From Bacteroidota bacterium (GTDB lineage Bacteria; Bacteroidota; Bacteroidia; Bacteroidales; VadinHA17): a stretch of DNA of 64,000 bases. The stretch is from positions 3,482 to 67,481 of the forward strand of contig JADFQJ010000007.1 of NCBI GenBank assembly GCA_022561875.1. The letters are read 5' to 3'. Each line of letters opens with the position of its first letter. Position 1 is the first letter of the stretch. A program made the translations under genes and the position numbers. Shown here piece by piece: positions 20,001 through 29,569 of the stretch. A model generated the notes under the pieces. It was not told the DNA's origin, ran no database searches, and was given only the letters and a program-made list of their open reading frames with translations.

Positions 20001-20966
20001 TTGATGAGCGAAAAGATTTTATATTTAGAGGATATCGATCCTGTAAACATTTACGGATCCAATAATAGTTTGTTGAATAAAATCATAGGTTCCTTTCCCA
20101 AACTGAAAATAATTGCAAGAGGTAGCGAAATTAAAGTTATTGGTGAGGAATCACTTATTGCTGAATTTGAGGAAAAATTTGAGAGACTTATTGAATTTTA
20201 CCTTAAATATAACAGATTGGAGGAGGCTGATATAGATACATTGTTTTTTGATTCTGCTATGCAGGTACATATAAAAAACGGAGATCTTGATGAAGTATTG
20301 ATATTTGGTAACAGAGGTCAGCCAATAAAGGCAAGGACGGTTAACCAGATAAAACTGGTGAAGGAGTTTTTCCTGAACGATCTGGTAATAGTAATCGGAC
20401 CTGCCGGTACGGGAAAGACTTATCTGGCAATAGCTATGGCTGTCAGGGCGTTACGAAACAAGGAGGTTGAAAAGATAATTCTCACCCGGCCTGCTGTTGA
20501 AGCTGGCGAGCATCTTGGATTTCTTCCGGGAGATGTTATGGAAAAACTGGAACCATATCTTCAGCCCCTGTATGATGCCCTGAAGGATATGATAACTGCA
20601 AAAAAACTGGCTGCCTATATCGATAATGAGATTATTCAAATAGCCCCCCTTGCGTATATGCGTGGAAGGACACTTGAAAATGCTGTTGTTATTTTAGATG
20701 AGGCTCAGAACTCTACGGTAAACCAGTTGAAAATGTTTCTGACAAGGATGGGACAATCGTCAAAATTTATAGTTACAGGTGATATTACGCAGATTGATCT
20801 TCCCGGAAAATCTGATTCAGGTCTGTGGCAGGCAGTAAATCTTCTCAAAGGAATAGATGGTATTTCAATTCTGGAGTTTGATGAACATGATATTGTACGT
20901 CACAAGTTGGTAAAGTCTATTGTGAGAGCTTATGATGAGAAAGAAAGGCAAAAAGGGAACCAGTAA
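20001..20966 (+). CDS. phoH: PhoH-like ATPase
   Basis: 321 aa (TTG at 20001; ATG at 20004 is likelier). Walker A GPAGTGKTYLA, ILDEAQN, GDITQIDLP. Confidence 0.92.
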   Translation: MMSEKILYLEDIDPVNIYGSNNSLLNKIIGSFPKLKIIARGSEIKVIGEESLIAEFEEKFERLIEFYLKYNRLEEADIDTLFFDSAMQVHIKNGDLDEVLIFGNRGQPIKARTVNQIKLVKEFFLNDLVIVIGPAGTGKTYLAIAMAVRALRNKEVEKIILTRPAVEAGEHLGFLPGDVMEKLEPYLQPLYDALKDMITAKKLAAYIDNEIIQIAPLAYMRGRTLENAVVILDEAQNSTVNQLKMFLTRMGQSSKFIVTGDITQIDLPGKSDSGLWQAVNLLKGIDGISILEFDEHDIVRHKLVKSIVRAYDEKERQKGNQ

Positions 20967-21027
20967 CCAGTAACCAGTAACCAGTAACAAGTAACCAGTA
21001 ACCAGTAACCAGTAACAAGTAATCAGT
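20958..21027. repeat. 10 x 7-nt tandem array AACCAGT (variants AACAAGT, AATCAGT); the phoH stop codon lies in unit 1
   Basis: Read directly. Units 1-4 aaccagt, 5 aacaagt, 6-8 aaccagt, 9 aacaagt, 10 aatcagt. Confidence 0.95.
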
Positions 21028-21073
21028 AAAAGCAAACTTATAAACTCATAAATCACAAAACTTATAACATATT

Positions 21074-22021
21074 ATGACAGAGGCTGTTAAAAATACTAAT
21101 TTCATGTTTCCGGGATTAATAAATATATACCATGGGAAAGTTCGTGATCTGTACAATATTAATGATAAGTATCTTGTAATGGTTGCAACCGACCGTATTT
21201 CAGCATTTGATGTGGTTCTTCCTAAGGGAATACCCTACAAAGGCCAGGTATTGAATCAGATCGCGAACAGGTTCCTGGATGCTACTGCTGATATTGTTCC
21301 TAACTGGAAGCTGGCATCACCCGATCCGATGGTTACTGTTGGCTATTTTGCTGAACCGTTTAAAGTGGAGATGGTAATAAGAGGCTACCTGACAGGACAT
21401 GCATGGAGAGAATACCGGTCGGGGAAGCGTGAAATATGCGGGATACCACTGCCGGACGGCATGAAGGAACATCAGAAATTTGATGAACCTATCCTCACAC
21501 CAACAACAAAGGCAACTGAAGGACATGATGAGGATATCTCAAGGGATGAGATCATTTCGCAGGGACTGGTCTCAGGTGAGGATTATGCTAAACTGGAGGA
21601 TTATACTCTGAAGCTATTCAGAAAAGGCACTGAAATGGCTGAAGAAAAGGGCTTGATCCTGGTAGATACCAAGTATGAATTTGGGAAGAAGGATGGGGAA
21701 ATATACCTTATTGATGAGATCCATACACCCGATTCATCCAGGTATTTCTATCTGGACACCTACAGGGAAAGATTTGATAATGGAGAAGAGCAACGCCAGT
21801 TATCCAAAGAGTTTGTGCGTCAGTGGCTGATAGACAAGGGTTTTCAAGGGAAAGAAGGTCAGCAGATGCCGGAAATGCCTGAAGAATTTGTCTCAGAGGT
21901 CTCAGAACGGTATATTGAGCTGTATGAAAAAATAACAGGGGAATCATTCGTCAGGGAAGCAACAAGAGATGTAAAGGAAAGGATCGAAAGAAATATAAGG
22001 GAGTTCCTTGTTTCTGAATAA
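21074..22021 (+). CDS. purC: phosphoribosylaminoimidazole-succinocarboxamide synthase
   Basis: 315 aa, long-type SAICAR synthetase. [24 protein letters not shown] motifs. Confidence 0.92.
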   Translation: MTEAVKNTNFMFPGLINIYHGKVRDLYNINDKYLVMVATDRISAFDVVLPKGIPYKGQVLNQIANRFLDATADIVPNWKLASPDPMVTVGYFAEPFKVEMVIRGYLTGHAWREYRSGKREICGIPLPDGMKEHQKFDEPILTPTTKATEGHDEDISRDEIISQGLVSGEDYAKLEDYTLKLFRKGTEMAEEKGLILVDTKYEFGKKDGEIYLIDEIHTPDSSRYFYLDTYRERFDNGEEQRQLSKEFVRQWLIDKGFQGKEGQQMPEMPEEFVSEVSERYIELYEKITGESFVREATRDVKERIERNIREFLVSE

Positions 22022-22035
22022 AGTATAAGATTATA

Positions 22036-22140
22036 AGCCGGAAGCCGGAAGCCGGAAGTAAGAAGTAAGAAGTAAGAAGTAAGAAGTAAGAAGTAAGAAG
22101 TAAGAAGTAAGAAGTAAGAAGTAGGAAGAAAGAAGTAAGG
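22036..22140. repeat. 15-unit 7-nt tandem array: GGAAGCC x3 then GTAAGAA x9 then 3 degenerate units
   Basis: Read directly. Perfect GTAAGAA units start at 22058 and continue every 7 nt to 22114. Confidence 0.95.
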
Positions 22141-22190
22141 GGCTGAGGTTAAGCCAATTGTGATTCAACCAGTAACCAGCATCGTATTAC

Positions 22191-22260
22191 CACAGTGAAA
22201 TATGCTCCTTCCTCGCATTTCACCACAATGAAATAAAAAGAATTTCATGGGGTAAACGTG
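22191..22260. repeat. GTGAAAT-arm structured repeat element, tandem two-hairpin copy
   Basis: caCAGTGAAATATGCtccttcctcGCATTTCACcacaATGAAATaaaaagaATTTCATggggtaaac. Confidence 0.85.
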
Positions 22261-22284
22261 GCGAACATTTAACGTAATACCTTT

Positions 22285-23625
22285 TTATCCAATTTTTATT
22301 TCGAGAATTTCTGTCGTTGACTTTGTTATCCTGAACCTGTTATCAATACGCCTGCCCACAACCCAAATAATTATATCACCCGAAGTAAGTATCCATAAGT
22401 TTTCCTTTTCAACCAGTGACAGCTTTTCATCGATAAAGAAATCACTGAGTTTTTTTGTGTCCTGCATTCCCAAAGGATGAAAATAATCACCGGCTTTCCA
22501 TTTCCTGAGGATCAAAGGATATTCAATCATTGATGCGTCAATCCAGGCAGTATGCGGGGAAACTGGAATATTTAAGTCGGACTGTACTGAGAATTTCCTG
22601 AATGACAACCGTATGGGTTGAATGATTTTTTCGGTCTTCTTGTCGATATAGCATTTTCCTGTTGTCTCTTTCTTCTGTGGTGTAATAATCAGGTGGTCCC
22701 TGTCTTTAATAAGCCGGTGGGTTGGTGAATAAAATTGTTTGCCTGAAATTCCGTCGAGAGATCCAACAATATCAGGAATTACCTGTGGAGGGAAATGATA
22801 CGGTCTAAGAAATTCATATAGATATGTGGCGCTGTGTGAAAGGCTCCTGAGCTTATATATATCAATCAGGGTTTTATCACCAATCTCAGTAACTGTTTGC
22901 TTTTTTTCCTTTTTAACTGCGATTTCGAATATTTCATAAGATTCTTTTAGCTGGTCGATAGTTTGTGAAAAGGAATTTATAAAATCAGGGTTCAATTCTT
23001 CAAACTCAGGAATAATCTGGTGCCTGATCATGTTTCGTTTATACCTAACCTGGGCATTACTGGAGTCTTCACGGTAAGAAAAATGGTGATCATCTGCATA
23101 TTTGGTTATTTCTTCCCTGGTTGCGAACAGCAGTGGTCTGATAATATTACCGGATTTATTTTTTATTCCGGTAAGACCTTTTAAACCTGTTCCCCTGGCA
23201 ATGTTGAGCAGTACAGTTTCAAGAACATCATTCTTATTATGTGCCAGTGCTATATAATTAAAACCTTCAGCGACCCTGATCTTTTCAAACCATTCGTATC
23301 GGAGGTCCCTTGCTGCCATTTGAATGGAGACCCTCTTTTCTTCAGCATATTTTCCGGTATTGAAACTTTCTGCGTAGAAAGGCGTATTAGAATTTTTAGC
23401 GAATTCACGGACAAATTTTTCATCATTATCTGATTCCGCACTTCTTAACTGAAAATTGCAATGCACAATACCAATATTGTTATCTGTTTTCAGGAAAAGG
23501 TTGGCCATTACCATGCTATCGATTCCCCCGCTAACAGCAAGTAATACCTTATCAGTTCCGGAAAAAAGCTGATTCCGGCTGATAAAGTCAGTAAATAACA
23601 ACAATAGGTTATCAGTGTTCTCCAT
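22285..23625 (-). CDS. tilS: tRNA(Ile)-lysidine synthetase
   Basis: 446 aa. PP-loop AVSGGIDS near the N-terminus, C-terminal TilS substrate-binding region. Confidence 0.9.
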   Translation of the reverse strand: MENTDNLLLLFTDFISRNQLFSGTDKVLLAVSGGIDSMVMANLFLKTDNNIGIVHCNFQLRSAESDNDEKFVREFAKNSNTPFYAESFNTGKYAEEKRVSIQMAARDLRYEWFEKIRVAEGFNYIALAHNKNDVLETVLLNIARGTGLKGLTGIKNKSGNIIRPLLFATREEITKYADDHHFSYREDSSNAQVRYKRNMIRHQIIPEFEELNPDFINSFSQTIDQLKESYEIFEIAVKKEKKQTVTEIGDKTLIDIYKLRSLSHSATYLYEFLRPYHFPPQVIPDIVGSLDGISGKQFYSPTHRLIKDRDHLIITPQKKETTGKCYIDKKTEKIIQPIRLSFRKFSVQSDLNIPVSPHTAWIDASMIEYPLILRKWKAGDYFHPLGMQDTKKLSDFFIDEKLSLVEKENLWILTSGDIIIWVVGRRIDNRFRITKSTTEILEIKIG

Positions 23626-23680
23626 GGAATGCAGAGATTTTAAAGTAAAATACGATTTTTTTTCTGATAATTACAGATCA

Positions 23681-25627
23681 TTACCTGAATTCCAGAATTC
23701 CGGGAGCATTTACATCGAAATCTCTCGGGTCAAATAATCTTTCTCCTGAGATGTGAATAAATTGTTTCGAGAAATCAACCGGCAGCCTTGGATAGAAAGC
23801 CAGGCGGATCTGAAAGGTTTTAAAAACAAGTCTCTCATTTCTGATTCTTAGTCCTACTCCAATAGCTGAATAGAGATCGTTTCTGAAAATATTATACTTG
23901 TTGGACCCGATAAATCCAAAGTCTGTGAAGCCATAGAAAGCAAACCGGAATCCATAAGCATAGAAGGGAGAGAATGCAACGGTTTCAAGACTCATTGTCA
24001 GACGGTGAGTCCCACTGAGACTGTCGCTGCTTAGGCCGCGTATTCCATTTTTATTAGAGATATTGATCTGCTCATCTTCAAACCGCCTGATACCTATTGT
24101 ATAATCGAGAACAATAAATTGTCTGATATGATAGTTTCGAAAAGGAAAGAGGTTTGTAAAATAACTTGACTTGAGATGAAATAATCCCTGCCTGTATTGA
24201 TGTCCTGACAAAAACCCTGCAAATCCAATGGTTGTATGTAAATAGCCCAGTTTCTCGTAATAATTTCCGTGTGAGAATGTTACTCCGGTGTAATAACGAT
24301 TATAGAATTCATTGTCTTCATATCCTCCGGTAAACTCAAGCAGCATACCGTATGGAATATCCTCAGTAGTTCCGTAATTATAGATCAGGCTTGACTTGTA
24401 ATATTTTTGTCTGGAAAATGCAATACTACCCAGGTACAATTGGAAATTGTGAAGATCATAATAAGAATCTTCATCAATTTCCGGCCTTTCATAAATATTA
24501 TTGAATAGAAATCTTCCTGAGACGATCAAGCGTGACCTTGAAGCGTAATTAAGCATGAATGATCTGCCCAGCCAGTAATCCTGGTAGTTGTATATGAAGG
24601 GGGTAGGGCCGGGTAAAGTATCAAGATCCTCATAGGTAGATGTGTTCGTAATATTAATACCTCCTGCATACTTAGTATATGGTGTGAAGAATTTTCTTGA
24701 CAGGTTTATCCCAATTGATTCAGTATTGAAGGCATTTTTGTAATTTAGAATACCTTTAATAAAGCTACCCCTGATATTATCGATCTTGTACACTCCCTCA
24801 TATCCCCTGCTTGGAACTGTATCGTAGTTAAAAAACAATTTAGCTTTCATTTCATGACCGATACCAATGATATTCTTGTCGAATATCTCCAGTTTTCCGG
24901 AATTGATGTCGTAAAATTGCAGATCCAGCCCAAGTGAAAATTTGTCTTTTGTGATCACCAGAACATCAACAATTTCATCCGATACCGGAATAAGTATTAT
25001 CCTGGCATCTTCAATATACGGAAGGTTCCTGATAATTCTTTCATTATCAGCCAGAACATATGGATTAACTTCGTCTCCTCTTTCAATTATCAGGTTATTT
25101 CGTATATACCTTTCCCTGGTTTTGATATGTATTTTGTTCAGGGTTCTGCTAATCCATGCTGTATCAATAATGGATGTATCACGAATCACCGGACCAAAAA
25201 CGTCAAGTTCGAGTATTCTGACATTGCGAATGATTTTTCCTTCATGTTTAACAAACTCCTGCTCACTTTTACTGGTTTTCTCATCATAAATGCCTGCAGG
25301 TGCACTGGTGAACAGCCAGTTATATAATTCACGTGTCCATTCATACTTACCGGCCTTTATTCTTAATGAATCATAAAAACTTCTTGAACGTTTAAGTTTT
25401 GAGGAATCGATCGGAGAGAGTATCTGCTGTTCTAAAAACCTTATGGAGTCTCCGGGAATGTATATAATACTGTCACCGACAAGGAAATATTCTCCCTTGC
25501 GGATTAAAACACTATCCCTGTTGTTATCGGGTTCCTGTCCTGTAACCAAAGAAGTTAGCGCTATAAACACTATTGTTATGAAAACAAATTTATAAATAAC
25601 AATAATATGAGACAGGATTTTTGTCAA
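23681..25627 (-). CDS. putative outer-membrane Omp85/BamA-like beta-barrel protein
   Basis: 648 aa. N-terminal signal/anchor, POTRA-like segment (YIEDARIILIPVSDEIVDVLVITKDK), long alternating aromatic beta-strand pattern to the C-terminus. Confidence 0.5.
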   Translation of the reverse strand: MTKILSHIIVIYKFVFITIVFIALTSLVTGQEPDNNRDSVLIRKGEYFLVGDSIIYIPGDSIRFLEQQILSPIDSSKLKRSRSFYDSLRIKAGKYEWTRELYNWLFTSAPAGIYDEKTSKSEQEFVKHEGKIIRNVRILELDVFGPVIRDTSIIDTAWISRTLNKIHIKTRERYIRNNLIIERGDEVNPYVLADNERIIRNLPYIEDARIILIPVSDEIVDVLVITKDKFSLGLDLQFYDINSGKLEIFDKNIIGIGHEMKAKLFFNYDTVPSRGYEGVYKIDNIRGSFIKGILNYKNAFNTESIGINLSRKFFTPYTKYAGGINITNTSTYEDLDTLPGPTPFIYNYQDYWLGRSFMLNYASRSRLIVSGRFLFNNIYERPEIDEDSYYDLHNFQLYLGSIAFSRQKYYKSSLIYNYGTTEDIPYGMLLEFTGGYEDNEFYNRYYTGVTFSHGNYYEKLGYLHTTIGFAGFLSGHQYRQGLFHLKSSYFTNLFPFRNYHIRQFIVLDYTIGIRRFEDEQINISNKNGIRGLSSDSLSGTHRLTMSLETVAFSPFYAYGFRFAFYGFTDFGFIGSNKYNIFRNDLYSAIGVGLRIRNERLVFKTFQIRLAFYPRLPVDFSKQFIHISGERLFDPRDFDVNAPGILEFR

Positions 25628-25901
25628 TTTATACAGGGTGCTTAAGTTCAGTTTTTAACCAAAGTAAACAATTTTCAGTTAATAAGTTTTGCGACCCTAA
25701 ATTTTAATATAAATATTTTATTCTGCAAAGATAATGTAATGTATTAGTTTGCAAATAACCAAAATTAGTTTAAAATATTAATCAAATATTGCTTTTTTAA
25801 TTACTTTATGAAGCTATGTTTATAAGAAGTGTTTACTTTGTACCGGGTATTATTGATTATGATTTTTTATTGGGTTCCGGAATTCAGAAACAAATTGATT
25901 T

Positions 25902-26339
25902 ATGAATATTCCAAAACCAGGTGTTAATCATAAAACACTTAGTATAGTATCTGCAATTATGTGGGGTGTAGTAGGAATTATGCTAAATTATTTTGCAGTA
26001 AAGTGGTTCAATTTATTTAGTAATATTGAAATTATCCTCGCAATTGCGGGTGGGATTTTTCTGGGAGTCATTGTCGCTTTCACCGGGTTTAGAAAAATTG
26101 CCAGAAAAAATATTTTCAGAATAAAAGACTTGCCTGAAAAAGCATGTGTTTTTGCTTTCCAGTCCTGGAAAAGTTATTTGATTATAATTGTAATGGTAAG
26201 CATGGGAATCTTTCTTAGAAAAACTCCTTATATGCCTAGATTATTTCTTGCTCCTGTGTATATTGGGATCGGACTTGCTTTGTTTGGTTCAAGTTTAGAA
26301 TATTATTATGATCTGGTTATGAAAAAGATAACAAAATAA
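25902..26339 (+). CDS. small integral membrane protein, unknown function
   Basis: 145 aa with 4 hydrophobic helices. No recognisable motif. Confidence 0.5.
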   Translation: MNIPKPGVNHKTLSIVSAIMWGVVGIMLNYFAVKWFNLFSNIEIILAIAGGIFLGVIVAFTGFRKIARKNIFRIKDLPEKACVFAFQSWKSYLIIIVMVSMGIFLRKTPYMPRLFLAPVYIGIGLALFGSSLEYYYDLVMKKITK

Positions 26340-26611
26340 TCAGCCAGCGGCAGGGAATCCCTCCCGGGTGACCTAAGTTATTCAACAGGGCAGGCAGAAA
26401 TAAAAAAGATAACTATTCATTCTCACAAATCAAAACTTAACACTAAAACCTTAGAATTACTTATGTCAGAACTTATGGATAATAGCAGGATCAGGATAAA
26501 TAACTTGCTTGCTTTTTCATCAGGGATTGTTGAAGGTAAAGACGGTTCAGAGAAGAGAATGTTCTTTTCCCTGTTGCACTGGAAACTGTTAATGAAAAAC
26601 ATTGGGACGAA

Positions 26612-27157
26612 ATGGTTGATCAAAGCTATGATATAGGTTTCTCGTTTATTGAAACTCCGGTAAGAGAGAAAAAAATATCCGGTTCTGAAGGAAAGAACAA
26701 GTTTACCGGAGATATGAATGGAGTTTTGGATGTTGTTGATCTTCAGGGCATGAAACTGGACCTGGGCACCGGACAGGTTGATCTGGAACAAATAATAACA
26801 ATGCTTAATTCTCTCCCGGTTGACTTAACATTTGTAGATAAAAATAACAAAGTTATGTTTTTTTCAACTCCGGAACATAGAATATTTACCAGATCGAAAG
26901 CAATAATTGGGAGGGATGTGGAAAATTGCCATCCGCCTGAGAGTGTCCATATTGTAAAAAAAATTATAAAGGCTTTCAGGGCAGGAGAGAAGAAGAAAGC
27001 TAGCTTCCGGATTGAAGCAGGTGGCAAGTTCATTCTGGTACAGTATTTTGCCTTGCATGATAATAAAGGGCAATACCTTGGAGTTTTGGAGGTTAGTCAG
27101 GATGTTACTGAAATTAGAAACTTGAAAGGTGAAAAAAGATTATTGGATTGGGAATGA
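26612..27157 (+). CDS. DUF438/PAS-domain protein (short form)
   Basis: The ORF track gives 181 aa. The conserved part starts near ATG 26714 (LPVDLTFVDKNNKVMFFS...IGRDVENCHPPES...LEVSQDVTEI). The stop overlaps the next start (ATGA at 27154-27157). Confidence 0.7.
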   Translation: MVDQSYDIGFSFIETPVREKKISGSEGKNKFTGDMNGVLDVVDLQGMKLDLGTGQVDLEQIITMLNSLPVDLTFVDKNNKVMFFSTPEHRIFTRSKAIIGRDVENCHPPESVHIVKKIIKAFRAGEKKKASFRIEAGGKFILVQYFALHDNKGQYLGVLEVSQDVTEIRNLKGEKRLLDWE

Positions 27158-27501
27158 TGATAACAAAAACTAAAATTGAGAAACGGACCCTGTTTCTCAT
27201 GATAAAGATTTACTGCAACTATCATCACCATACAAAAGATATATGTGATGATTGTTCCAGTCTTTGTAATTATGCTGTTCTTAGGGCTGATAAATGCCCA
27301 TTCGGGACCAGAAAACCTGTTTGCGCAGCATGCACGATACATTGTTATAATCTTGAAATGAGAGAACGGATCAGGAAAGTTATGAGGTTCTCAGGACCTA
27401 GGATGATTTTCAGGCATCCTGTTTTTGCATTGATCCATCTGTATAGGGAAATAACTGATAAAAAGCATAAAAATCTGAAAGTTTTGCGATACGGCAAATA
27501 A
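27148..27501 (+). CDS. nitrous-oxide-stimulated-promoter family protein (YgbA-like, Cys-rich)
   Basis: About 115 aa (ATG at 27154 likely). Motifs YCNYHHH, CDDCSSLCNYA, KCPFG..KPVCAACTIHCY, RKVMRFSGPRM. Confidence 0.75.
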   Translation: MGMMITKTKIEKRTLFLMIKIYCNYHHHTKDICDDCSSLCNYAVLRADKCPFGTRKPVCAACTIHCYNLEMRERIRKVMRFSGPRMIFRHPVFALIHLYREITDKKHKNLKVLRYGK

Positions 27502-27783
27502 CTATTTTCATGTTTTCCACACTTTTTCAGCAGTCTGGCCGCTTACTGTAAATTAATAATTATTCTTTTTTATGCGATTTTACTTTTAACTTTAACCAAC
27601 TTTTGCTTTTGTCAGACAATAAATGTTTTTGTCTTGCAGTTTTATGCGTAGTCTAAAATTTAATCACGGCATTAGTTACATGATTATTTTTATGAACTTT
27701 GAATAGCCTTGCCGGAACACCGCATTACTGCAACACTGCAACATCGCAACACAATTCCTAAACCACAACTCTTAACCCGTAAC

Positions 27784-27825
27784 CACAGTGAAATATGCTC
27801 CTTCGTCGCATTTCACGTGGCAAGC
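27784..27825. repeat. GTGAAAT-arm structured repeat element, simple copy
   Basis: caCAGTGAAATATGCtccttcgtcGCATTTCACgtggcaagc. Confidence 0.85.
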
Positions 27826-27914
27826 CCGAAACTCTAAACCCGTAATAATTCATCTTCTCCATGAGATTCCCTATCTTACATCAAATTCTCAATAATCAGA
27901 AAAACAATACGTGA

Positions 27915-29351
27915 ATGACTATATCAGGATCAGGCAAAGTTATACCCCACTTGAATTTGCTCACACGTGAACAGAAAGGGGAGATTCATGAGCATTCAAT
28001 AAAAATTCTTTTTTCAACGGGTATCAGGGTGGATTCTCATGAAGCAAGAAAGATTTTCAGGAAAACAGGAACTGCAACTGAAAAGAATGACAGAATTTTT
28101 CTGTCGCGGGAACTGGTTGATTGGGCGATAAAGACAGCTCCTTCTGATTTCACAATATATAACAGATCAGGGAAAGTTGCTTTCGATATAGGTGCGCATC
28201 ATCTTGATAAAACCCGTTTTGGGATTGGAGTAACAAACACTCATTACCAGGAGCCAGGACCCGGTAAAGTCATTAAATTTCTGCGAAAACATATGGAGGT
28301 TTCAACCCGTTTGGGTGATGCTTTACCAAATTTTGACATTATTTCAACTATCGGTATTCCTTCAGATGTTTCCCCGGAATCATCTGATTTATTTGGGGTT
28401 CTGGATATGTATGCTAATACGGAAAAACCTCTTATTATTCTTGTATTGAAAGATAATACAATTTTAAAGGTATTTGATCTCCTGGAACACCTTCACGGAA
28501 ATATTTCCGGTAAACCATTTGTATTGGCTTACGTAAACCCTGTTACTCCCTTAATTATTAACGATAGTACGGTTGAAAAAATGATCGCAACTGTACAAAG
28601 AGGTTTGCCGGTGATTTATTCAAATTATAGTATGTACGGGGCAACAACTCCTTTTTCTTCGGCTGGTACAATAGCATTATTAAATGCTGAATTGCTGGCT
28701 GGACTTGTTTTGAGTCAGCTGATAAAAGAAGGAACCCTTGTTATGCTTGGAAGCCTTCCCGCAGGATTTGAAATGACCACTATGAGCAGTACCTATACTC
28801 CGCAATCATTTCTCATGAATCTTGCATGTGCTGAAATGATGGAATATTATAGTATTCCACACTGTGGCACATCAGGCAGTGGTAATGGCTGGGGACCTGA
28901 CCTGCTTGCAGGCAACGCACTTTGGATGAATCATCTAACCAGTTGCATAGGAAATGTTGGTTTGGCTCCATTTGTTGGAGGTAATTTTGATTCACGTACC
29001 TTTTCACCAACAACAGTAGTTTATGCAGACACAATAATTAAGATGGCAAAGAATTTTGCAAGCGGCTTTTTGCTGGATGAGAAATCAGCAGCACTGGAGG
29101 AGATAAATTCTGTTGGCCCCGGAGGAGATTTTCTAATATCTGAAAGTACTATTAAAAATTACAGAAAAGAGATAGAGAATAATCCGGTGTGGCCTGCTAC
29201 AACCCTCGAAAAGTGGCTTAAAAGCGGTAACCCGAGGGCTATTGATTTATTGGAAGAGCATACACTGGAATTGATAGAGAATTTGAAAACTCCTCCTGAT
29301 TACAACGAGTTAATCAGCCAGGGGGAGGAATTTATTAATAAATTGAGCTAA
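27915..29351 (+). CDS. trimethylamine methyltransferase (MttB) superfamily protein, non-pyrrolysine type
   Basis: 478-aa uninterrupted ORF collinear with MttB/MtgB-type TIM-barrel methyltransferases. No in-frame TAG at the position of the MttB pyrrolysine. Confidence 0.8.
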   Translation: MTISGSGKVIPHLNLLTREQKGEIHEHSIKILFSTGIRVDSHEARKIFRKTGTATEKNDRIFLSRELVDWAIKTAPSDFTIYNRSGKVAFDIGAHHLDKTRFGIGVTNTHYQEPGPGKVIKFLRKHMEVSTRLGDALPNFDIISTIGIPSDVSPESSDLFGVLDMYANTEKPLIILVLKDNTILKVFDLLEHLHGNISGKPFVLAYVNPVTPLIINDSTVEKMIATVQRGLPVIYSNYSMYGATTPFSSAGTIALLNAELLAGLVLSQLIKEGTLVMLGSLPAGFEMTTMSSTYTPQSFLMNLACAEMMEYYSIPHCGTSGSGNGWGPDLLAGNALWMNHLTSCIGNVGLAPFVGGNFDSRTFSPTTVVYADTIIKMAKNFASGFLLDEKSAALEEINSVGPGGDFLISESTIKNYRKEIENNPVWPATTLEKWLKSGNPRAIDLLEEHTLELIENLKTPPDYNELISQGEEFINKLS

Positions 29352-29569
29352 AATGAACTAAATTGACTAAAATGAGCTAAGATGAAAAAGAAATGATATA
29401 ACAAATTCATTATTATTTCTTTACGTTGACTTTATGGAAGATGAAGTCTGTATCTTAAGCACTACATTTTTTAACATTTAAGTTTCTCCGATAGAGTTCT
29501 TCGAACGAATATTTTTTAACCGGGCTTGCGAACTCAACGAAGTCAAATTCCGATATATAATATTTAGGC

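Noticed and set aside
20958-22140. Possible CRISPR arrays
   Set aside because: Repeat periods are 7-9 nt with no unique spacers, there are no 25-40-nt direct repeats, and there are no cas genes. These are microsatellite-like arrays.
26423-26791. 122-aa minus-strand ORF
   Set aside because: It overlaps the conserved start of the DUF438/PAS gene in antisense. No motifs and an AT-rich low-information sequence.
27915-29351. Pyrrolysine (in-frame TAG) in the MttB homolog
   Set aside because: The ORF is continuous at full family length, and the region aligned to the MttB Pyl position reads CGTSGSGNG with no TAG. No pyl genes are in the window.
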